A DNA stretch of 39,863 nucleotides from positions 1-39,863 of IMG/VR virus record IMGVR_UViG_2563366928_000005; one strand, written 5' to 3'. Every line of letters begins with the position of its first letter. Within the stretch, counting starts at the first letter, position 1. Source of the stretch: a virus. Its lineage: Duplodnaviria; Heunggongvirae; Uroviricota; Caudoviricetes. The notes below the pieces were generated by a model. That model was not told the DNA's origin. It was given only the letters and a program-made list of their open reading frames with translations, and made no database searches. Shown here in pieces: positions 32,950-39,863 of the stretch. The position numbers and the translations under genes were made by a program.

Positions 32950-35485
32950 TCTTGTTATTGACCTTAGTCTGGATGCTGTCCGTTTCGATGAGCAGATGAG
33001 CCGGGTAAGGCGTCATTTTTCAGGTCTGGATACCGACGCCAGAAAAACCGCCAGTGCTGTTGAACAGGGCCTGAGCCGCCAGGCGCTGGCTGCACAAAAA
33101 GCAGGGATTTCCGTCGGGCAGTATAAAGCGGCCATGCGAACCCTGCCCGCACAGTTTACGGATATCGCCACGCAGCTTGCCGGTGGTCAGAATCCCTGGC
33201 TGATCCTGCTGCAACAGGGCGGTCAGGTGAAGGACTCCTTCGGCGGGATGATCCCCATGTTCAGGGGGCTTGCCGGTGCGATCACCCTGCCGATGGTCGG
33301 GGTCACCTCGCTGGCGGTGGCGACAGGTGCGCTGGTGTACGCCTGGTACCAGGGAGATTCCACGCTTTCAGCGTTTAATAAAACCCTGGTTCTTTCCGGT
33401 AATCAGTCCGGACTGACTGCCGATCGCATGCTGACGCTCTCCAGAGCCGGACAGGCCGCAGGGCTGACGTTTAACCAGGCGAGTGAGTCACTGGCAGCCA
33501 TGGTGAATGCCGGTGTGCGTGGTGGTGAACAGTTTGATGCCATCAACCAGAGTGTCGCGCGTTTTGCTTCTGCATCCGGTGTGGAGGTGGACAAGGTTGC
33601 AGAGGCTTTCGGAAAACTGACCACTGACCCGACGTCGGGGCTGATTGCGATGGCGAAGCAGTTCCATAACGTGACGGCGGAGCAGATTGCGTATGTTGCT
33701 CAGTTGCAGCGTTCCGGCGATGAAACCGGGGCATTGCAGGCGGCGAACGAGGCCGCAACGAAAGGGTTTGATGACCAGACCCGCCGCCTGAAAGAGAACA
33801 TGGGCACGCTGGAGACCTGGGCAGACAGGACAGCGCGGGCATTCAAATCCATGTGGGATGCGGTGCTGGATATTGGTCGTCCTGATACCGCTCAGGAGAT
33901 GCTGATTAAGGCAGAGGCTGCGTTTAAGAAAGCAGACGACATCTGGAATCTGCGCAAGGATGATTATTTTGTTAACGATGAAGCGCGGGCGCGTTACTGG
34001 GATGATCGTGAAAAGGCCCGTCTTGCGCTTGAAGCCGCCCGAAAGAAGGCTGAGCAGCAGACTCAACAGGACAAAAATGCGCAGCAGCAGAGCGATACCG
34101 AAGCGTCACGGCTGAAATATACCGAAGAGGCGCAGAAGGCTTACGAACGGCTGCAGACGCCGCTGGAGAAATATACCGCCCGTCAGGAAGAACTGAACAA
34201 GGCACTGAAAGACGGGAAAATCCTGCAGGCGGATTACAACACGCTGATGGCGGCGGCGAAAAAGGATTATGAGTCGACGCAGAAAAAGCCGTCCGGCGTG
34301 AAGGTGTCTGCGGGCGATCGTCAGGAAGACAGTGCTCATGCTGCCCTGCTGACGCTTCAGGCAGAACTCCGGACGCTGGAGAAGCATGCCGGAGCGAATG
34401 AGAAAATCAGCCAGCAGCGCCGGGATTTGTGGAAGGCGGAGAGTCAGTTCGCGGTACTGGAGGAGGCGGCGCAACGTCGCCAGCTGTCTGCACAGGAGAA
34501 ATCCCTGCTGGCGCATAAAGATGAGACGCTGGAGTACAAACGCCAGCTGGCTGCACTTGGCGACAAGGTTACGTATCAGGAGCGCCTGAATGCGCTGGCG
34601 CAGCAGGCGGATAAATTCGCACAGCAGCAACGGGCAAAACGGGCCGCCATTGATGCGAAAAGCCGGGGGCTGACTGACCGGCAGGCAGAACGGGAAGCCA
34701 CGGAACAGCGCCTGAAGGAACAGTATGGCGATAATCCGCTGGCGCTGAATAACGTCATGTCAGAGCAGAAAAAGACCTGGGCGGCTGAAGACCTGCTTCG
34801 CGGGAACTGGATGGCAGGCCTCAGGTCCGGCTGGAGTGAGTGGGAAGAGAGTGCCACGGACAGTATGTCGCAGGTAAAAAGTGCTGCCACGCAGACCTTT
34901 GATGGTATTGCACAGAATATGGCGGCGATGCTGACCGGCAGTGAGCAGAACTGGCGCAGCTTCACCCGCTCCGTGCTGTCCATGATGACAGAAATTCTGC
35001 TTAAGCAGGCAATGGTGGGGATTGTCGGGAGTATCGGCAGCGCTATTGGCGGGGCTGTTGGTGGTGGCGCATCCGCGTCAGGCGGTACAGCCATTCAGGC
35101 AGCTGCGGCGAAATTCCATTTTGCGACCGGAGGATTTACGGGAACCGGCGGCAAATATGAGCCAGCGGGGATTGTCCACCGCGGGGAGTTTGTCTTCACG
35201 AAGGAGGCAACCAGCCGGATTGGTGTCGGGAACCTGTACCGCCTGATGCGGGGCTATGCGGAAGGGGGGTATGTGGGTGCTGCCGGAAGTCCGGCGCAGA
35301 TGCGGCGGGCCGAAGGCATTAATTTTAATCAGAACAATCACGTGGTGATTCAGAACGACGGTATCAACGGACAGGCCGGGCCGCAGCTGATGAAAGCGGT
35401 GTATGAGATGGCCCGTAAAGGTGCGCAGGATGAGCTCCGGCTGCAGTTGCGTGATGGCGGTCTGTTATCGGGGAGCGGGCGATGA
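32930..35485 (+). CDS. H: Tail tape measure protein, gpH-like
   Basis: 851 aa, long Ala/Gln-rich helical protein in the lambda H position. Confidence 0.9.
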   Translation: MSQPVGDLVIDLSLDAVRFDEQMSRVRRHFSGLDTDARKTASAVEQGLSRQALAAQKAGISVGQYKAAMRTLPAQFTDIATQLAGGQNPWLILLQQGGQVKDSFGGMIPMFRGLAGAITLPMVGVTSLAVATGALVYAWYQGDSTLSAFNKTLVLSGNQSGLTADRMLTLSRAGQAAGLTFNQASESLAAMVNAGVRGGEQFDAINQSVARFASASGVEVDKVAEAFGKLTTDPTSGLIAMAKQFHNVTAEQIAYVAQLQRSGDETGALQAANEAATKGFDDQTRRLKENMGTLETWADRTARAFKSMWDAVLDIGRPDTAQEMLIKAEAAFKKADDIWNLRKDDYFVNDEARARYWDDREKARLALEAARKKAEQQTQQDKNAQQQSDTEASRLKYTEEAQKAYERLQTPLEKYTARQEELNKALKDGKILQADYNTLMAAAKKDYESTQKKPSGVKVSAGDRQEDSAHAALLTLQAELRTLEKHAGANEKISQQRRDLWKAESQFAVLEEAAQRRQLSAQEKSLLAHKDETLEYKRQLAALGDKVTYQERLNALAQQADKFAQQQRAKRAAIDAKSRGLTDRQAEREATEQRLKEQYGDNPLALNNVMSEQKKTWAAEDLLRGNWMAGLRSGWSEWEESATDSMSQVKSAATQTFDGIAQNMAAMLTGSEQNWRSFTRSVLSMMTEILLKQAMVGIVGSIGSAIGGAVGGGASASGGTAIQAAAAKFHFATGGFTGTGGKYEPAGIVHRGEFVFTKEATSRIGVGNLYRLMRGYAEGGYVGAAGSPAQMRRAEGINFNQNNHVVIQNDGINGQAGPQLMKAVYEMARKGAQDELRLQLRDGGLLSGSGR

Positions 35486-35811
35486 AAACATTTCGCTGGA
35501 AAGTGAAGCCGGATATGGAGGTGAACTCGCAGCCATCGGTGCGTGAAGTGCGTTTTGGTGACGGGTACTCACAGCGTATGGCGGCAGGGCTGAATGCTGA
35601 CCTGAAAACATACAGGGTGACGCTTTCCGTGACCCGGGAGGAGGCCCGGCATCTGGAAGCGTTCCTGGCAGAGCACGGTGGCTGGAAGGCATTTTTGTGG
35701 AAGCCACCCTATGCATACCGGCAGATAAAGGTGACCTGTACCGGGTGGTCTGCGCGGGTCGGGATGTTGCGCGTTGAGTTCAGCGCGGAGTTTAAGCAGG
35801 TGGTGAACTGA
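35482..35811 (+). CDS. M: Minor tail protein, gpM-like
   Basis: 109 aa, same length and position as lambda gpM. Confidence 0.85.
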   Translation: MKTFRWKVKPDMEVNSQPSVREVRFGDGYSQRMAAGLNADLKTYRVTLSVTREEARHLEAFLAEHGGWKAFLWKPPYAYRQIKVTCTGWSARVGMLRVEFSAEFKQVVN

Positions 35812-36509
35812 TGCAGGATATTCACGAAGAAAGTCTGAACGAGTCGGTTAAGTCAGAGCAGTCACCGCGGGTGGTACTCTGGGAAATCGACCTGACGGTG
35901 CAGGGCGGTGAGCGGTATTTTTTCTGCAATGAGCTGAATGAAAAAGGGGAGCCGGTGACCTGGCAGGGGCGTGAATATCAGGCGTACCCGATTGAGGGGA
36001 GTGGCTTTGAGATGAACGGGAAGGGCAGCAGTGCCAGACCATCGCTGACGGTGTCCAATCTGTTTGGCCTTGTCACCGGGATGGCGGAGGACCTGCAGAG
36101 TCTGGTGGGAGCCACGGTGGTCCGCCGCCGGGTGTATGCCCGTTTTCTGGATGCGGTGAATTTCGTTGCGGGCAATCCGGAGGCGGACCCGGAGCAGGAG
36201 CTGAGTGACCGCTGGGTGGTGGAGCAGATGTCGCAGCTGACAGCCATGACGGCCTCGTTTGTGCTGGCCACACCGACCGAGACGGACGGGGCGCTGTTTC
36301 CCGGTCGTATCATGCTGGCGAACACCTGTATGTGGACCTACCGCTCTGATGAGTGTGGTTACACGGGCGGGGCTGTGGCGGATGAGTTCGATAAACCCAC
36401 CACGGATATCCGTAAGGACAGATGCAGCAAGTGCATGCGCGGGTGTGAACTGCGCAGGAATGTCGGCAATTTTGGCGGTTTCCTTTCCATTAATAAACTT
36501 TCGCAGTAA
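35811..36509 (+). CDS. L: Minor tail protein, gpL-like
   Basis: 232 aa, same length and position as lambda gpL; Cys cluster near the C-terminus. Confidence 0.85.
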   Translation: MQDIHEESLNESVKSEQSPRVVLWEIDLTVQGGERYFFCNELNEKGEPVTWQGREYQAYPIEGSGFEMNGKGSSARPSLTVSNLFGLVTGMAEDLQSLVGATVVRRRVYARFLDAVNFVAGNPEADPEQELSDRWVVEQMSQLTAMTASFVLATPTETDGALFPGRIMLANTCMWTYRSDECGYTGGAVADEFDKPTTDIRKDRCSKCMRGCELRRNVGNFGGFLSINKLSQ

Positions 36510-36519
36510 ATCCCGGTTT

Positions 36520-37263
36520 ATGACACAGACTGAATCAGCGATTCTGGCGCATGCCCGGCGGTGTGCGCCTGCGGAGTCGTGCGGCTTCGTGATAAGCACG
36601 CCGGAGGGGGAGCGGTATATCCCTTGTGTGAATATTTCCGCGGAGCCGGAGGCGTATTTTCGTATCGCACCGGAAGACTGGCTGCGGGCAGAGATGCAGG
36701 GGGAGATTGTGGCACTGGTCCACAGTCATCCCGGTGGGCTGCCCTGGCTGAGCGAGGCTGACCGGCGGCTGCAGATAAAAAGCGCACTGCCCTGGTGGCT
36801 GGTCTGCCGGGGTGACATTCACAAATTCCGCTGCGTGCCGCACCTGACGGGACGGCGCTTTGAGCACGGGGTGACGGACTGTTACACCCTGTTCCGGGAT
36901 GCATACCATCTGGCGGGGACTGAAATGCCGGATTTTCATCGCGAGGATGACTGGTGGCGCAACGGTCAGAACCTTTACCTGGACAATATGGCGGTCACCG
37001 GCTTTTACCGGGTGCCCCTGTCCTCTGCACAGGCGGGCGATATTCTGCTGTGCTGCTTTGGTGCTTCGGTACCGAACCATGCCGCCATTTACTGCGGCAA
37101 CGGTGAGCTGCTTCACCATATTCCTGAACAACTGAGTAAACGGGAGAGGTATTCCGAAAAATGGCAACGACGAACGCATTCTGTCTGGCGTCACCGCCAC
37201 TGGCACACATCTGCCTTCACGGGGATTTACAACGATTTGGCCGCCGCCTCAGCCTGTATGTGA
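36520..37263 (+). CDS. K: Tail assembly protein, gpK-like
   Basis: ATG at 36520 (track ORF begins upstream inside L); HSHP motif of MPN/JAB type and a Cys/His region typical of NlpC/P60. Confidence 0.8.
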   Translation: MTQTESAILAHARRCAPAESCGFVISTPEGERYIPCVNISAEPEAYFRIAPEDWLRAEMQGEIVALVHSHPGGLPWLSEADRRLQIKSALPWWLVCRGDIHKFRCVPHLTGRRFEHGVTDCYTLFRDAYHLAGTEMPDFHREDDWWRNGQNLYLDNMAVTGFYRVPLSSAQAGDILLCCFGASVPNHAAIYCGNGELLHHIPEQLSKRERYSEKWQRRTHSVWRHRHWHTSAFTGIYNDLAAASACM

Positions 37264-37841
37264 ACACGGCAGCGGAAGCCATTCGCGCCCTGTCGATGCA
37301 GATGCCGGGCTTTCGCCTTCAGATGAACGAAGGCTGGTACCAGATACGTATTGCCGGTGAAGACACGGCACCGGAGGCGGTGTACGCCCGTCTTCACGAA
37401 CAGCTGGGTGAGGGAACGGTCATCCATATTGTGCCGCGACTGGCCGGGGCCGGAAAGGGTGGACTGCAGATTGTGCTGGGGGCGGCAGCCATCGTGGGCT
37501 CTTTCTTCACTGCCGGGGCATCAATGGCGTTATGGGGTTCAGCCCTGGCAGCCGGTGGTTTTTCTGCCACCACGATGCTGTTTTCACTGGGTGCCAGCAT
37601 GATACTGGGCGGAGTGGCCCAGATGCTGGCCCCGAAGGCAAAAACACCGGATTACCGCGCAACGGATAACGGCAGACAGAACACGTACTTTTCCTCGCTG
37701 GATAACATGATTGCCCAGGGGAACCCGATGCCGGTGCCTTACGGGGAAATGCTGGTTGGCTCCCGCCGTATATCCCAGGACATCAGCACCCGTGATGAAG
37801 GCGGGGGCGGAAAGGTCGTGGTTATCGGGCGGCAGGGGTAA
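37161..37841 (+). CDS. I: Tail assembly protein, gpI-like
   Basis: 226 aa; N-terminus resembles lambda gpI; overlaps K as in lambda. Confidence 0.8.
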   Translation: MATTNAFCLASPPLAHICLHGDLQRFGRRLSLYVNTAAEAIRALSMQMPGFRLQMNEGWYQIRIAGEDTAPEAVYARLHEQLGEGTVIHIVPRLAGAGKGGLQIVLGAAAIVGSFFTAGASMALWGSALAAGGFSATTMLFSLGASMILGGVAQMLAPKAKTPDYRATDNGRQNTYFSSLDNMIAQGNPMPVPYGEMLVGSRRISQDISTRDEGGGGKVVVIGRQG

Positions 37842-38087
37842 AAAGAATAAAAAAATCCCGCAGTGATCGCGGAGCTGCGGGGACAGACAAAGATTAGAGT
37901 TAAGGAGTTGTTTTTGTTACTCGGGCAAAAAACACTAACGCAGCGAAATTATACGCGCCACAGTCAGTTTGTGAAAATGTGAAGATATTCAGAATTTTTA
38001 TTCAGTCATGATACAGGCATCCTCCGGGGTGCCTGTTGTTTTTTGGGCATAAACAGATTCAGACATCAGACAGGAGAGGGGGATCGA

Positions 38088-39863
38088 GTGGGTAAAGGTG
38101 GCGGTAAGGCGCACACACCGCGCGAGGCGAAGGATAATCTCAAATCCACGCAGATGATGAGTGTGATTGATGCGATTGGTGAGGGACCGATAGAAGGCCC
38201 GGTGAAGGGACTGCAGAGTATCCTGGTGAACAAAACCCCGCTGACGGACACGGACGGTAATCCCGTGATACACGGTGTGACCGCGGTCTGGCGTGCCGGG
38301 GAGCAGGAGCAGACACCACCGGAAGGCTTTGAGTCCTCCGGAGCTGAAACCGGACTGGGCGTGGAAGTGACGAAGGCAAAACCGGTGACGCGCACCATTA
38401 CGTCCGCGAACATTGACCGCCTGCGGGTTACCTTCGGAGTGCAGTCACTGGTGCAGACCACGTCAAAGGGCGACCGTAATCCTTCCTCTGTCCGGATTCT
38501 GATTCAGTTACAGCGTAATGGCCGCTGGGTGACGGAAAAGGATGTCACCATTAACGGCAAGACCACCTCGCAGTTCCTGGCCTCGGTGATTCTGGATAAT
38601 CTGCCTCCCCGGCCCTTTAACATCCGGATGGTCAGGGAGACGGCGGACAGCACCACGGACCAGCTGCAGAATAAGACGCTGTGGTCGTCATACACCGAAA
38701 TCATCGATGTGAAACAGTGCTACCCGAACACGGCCATTGTGGGGCTGCAGGTGGATGCGGAGCAGTTCGGCGGCCAGCAGATGACGGTGAACTACCATAT
38801 CCGCGGTCGCATCATCCAGGTGCCGTCAAACTATGACCCGGAAAAACGCACGTACAGTGGTATCTGGGACGGCAGTCTGAAACCGGCATACAGCAACAAC
38901 CCGGCCTGGTGTCTGTGGGACATGCTGACTCACCCGCGCTACGGCATGGGAAAACGTCTGGGGGCGGCGGATGTGGACAAGTGGGCGCTGTATGCCATCG
39001 GGCAGTACTGCGACCAGACGGTCCCGGATGGTTTCGGGGGGACCGAGCCGCGGATGACCTTTAATGCGTACCTGGCACAACAGCGTAAGGCGTGGGACGT
39101 TCTCAGTGATTTCTGCTCTGCGATGCGCTGTATGCCGGTATGGAACGGTCAGACGCTGACGTTCGTTCAGGACCGCCCGTCGGATGTGGTGTGGCCGTAC
39201 ACCAACAGCGATGTGGTGGTGGATGATAACGGCGTGGGATTCCGCTACAGCTTCAGTGCCCTGAAGGACCGGCACACGGCAGTGGAGGTGAATTACACCG
39301 ACCCGCAGAACGGCTGGCAGACCTCCACGGAACTGGTGGAAGACCCGGAAGCCATACTGCGCTACGGACGCAACCTGCTGAAGATGGACGCGTTCGGCTG
39401 TACCAGCCGCGGTCAGGCCCACCGTGCCGGGCTGTGGGTGATAAAGACCGAACTGCTGGAAACGCAGACGGTGGATTTCACGCTCGGGTCTCAGGGGCTG
39501 CGGCACACACCCGGTGACATCATTGAAATCTGTGATAACGACTATGCCGGGACCATGACCGGCGGACGTGTCCTGTCCATCGATGCCGCCAGCCGTACCC
39601 TGACGCTGGACCGGGAGGTGACACTGCCGGAGACCGGCACGGCCACTGTTAATCTGATTAACGGCAGCGGTAAGCCGGCGAGCGTGGCCATCACCGCACA
39701 CCCCGCGCCTGACCGGATACAGGTCAGCACCCTGCCGGATGGTGTGGAGACATACGGGGTGTGGGGACTCTCCCTGCCGTCACTGCGTCGTCGCCTGTTC
39801 CGCTGTGTCTCCATCCGGGAAAACACGGACGGCACGTTCGCCATCACGGCGGTGCAGCACGTA
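38088..39863 (+). CDS. J: Central tail fibre / host specificity protein, gpJ-like (3' truncated by window end)
   Basis: GTG start; hand translation VGKGGGKAHTPREAKDNLKSTQ… matches lambda J over the whole 592 codons; absent from the ORF track only because it has no stop in the window. Confidence 0.95.
   Translation, partial: MGKGGGKAHTPREAKDNLKSTQMMSVIDAIGEGPIEGPVKGLQSILVNKTPLTDTDGNPVIHGVTAVWRAGEQEQTPPEGFESSGAETGLGVEVTKAKPVTRTITSANIDRLRVTFGVQSLVQTTSKGDRNPSSVRILIQLQRNGRWVTEKDVTINGKTTSQFLASVILDNLPPRPFNIRMVRETADSTTDQLQNKTLWSSYTEIIDVKQCYPNTAIVGLQVDAEQFGGQQMTVNYHIRGRIIQVPSNYDPEKRTYSGIWDGSLKPAYSNNPAWCLWDMLTHPRYGMGKRLGAADVDKWALYAIGQYCDQTVPDGFGGTEPRMTFNAYLAQQRKAWDVLSDFCSAMRCMPVWNGQTLTFVQDRPSDVVWPYTNSDVVVDDNGVGFRYSFSALKDRHTAVEVNYTDPQNGWQTSTELVEDPEAILRYGRNLLKMDAFGCTSRGQAHRAGLWVIKTELLETQTVDFTLGSQGLRHTPGDIIEICDNDYAGTMTGGRVLSIDAASRTLTLDREVTLPETGTATVNLINGSGKPASVAITAHPAPDRIQVSTLPDGVETYGVWGLSLPSLRRRLFRCVSIRENTDGTFAITAVQHV

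Larger units (their letters stand above)
1..39863. mobile_element. Lambdoid prophage, partial: integrase through tail fibre gene J; attachment sites and distal end lie outside the window
   Basis: Continuous phage gene order int-xis-early-immunity-replication-nin-lysis-cos-head-tail read from the ORF translations; J runs off the 3' end. Confidence 0.9.

Noticed and set aside
33488-35094. Several minus-strand ORFs of 170-190 aa
   Set aside because: All antisense to the tape measure gene H.
35862-36599. 245-aa minus-strand ORF and overlapping ones nearby
   Set aside because: Antisense to tail genes L and K; composition typical of shadow ORFs.
38826-39701. 291-aa minus-strand ORF
   Set aside because: Lies entirely antisense to the J gene, whose plus-strand translation matches lambda J; Arg/Pro/Gly-rich, typical of a shadow ORF in GC-rich coding sequence.

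Overview
The window is almost entirely one lambdoid prophage from an enterobacterial (E. coli-like) host, running from the integrase at the window start to the central tail fibre gene J, which is cut by the window end. All calls rest on reading the supplied translations and DNA by eye; no searches were run. Order: int-xis; an early-left region (DEDDh exonuclease, large acidic protein, small ORFs); an immunity region (XRE-type repressor divergent from a Cro-like gene, with a shared operator motif); replication genes (O-like initiator with internal iterons, DnaC-like loader); a nin-like cargo region (QueH-like enzyme, hok toxin, DUF968/HNH protein, RusA, putative Q); an orphan DNA methyltransferase; three tRNAs; a toxin-less Stx-phage-like cargo slot with a NanS-p-type esterase; phage-21-type lysis genes with two inserted unknown ORFs; a lambda-type cos site; and a colinear lambda-like head and tail module (Nu1 through J, including the G-T frameshift site). 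The best candidates for undescribed biology are the AT-rich unknown gene trio beside the repressor (sieB/rex position), the QueH-like tRNA-modification gene, the duplicated promoter/terminator-like modules in the stx position, and the unknown ORFs inside the lysis cassette. No CRISPR array, rRNA or IS element was seen.
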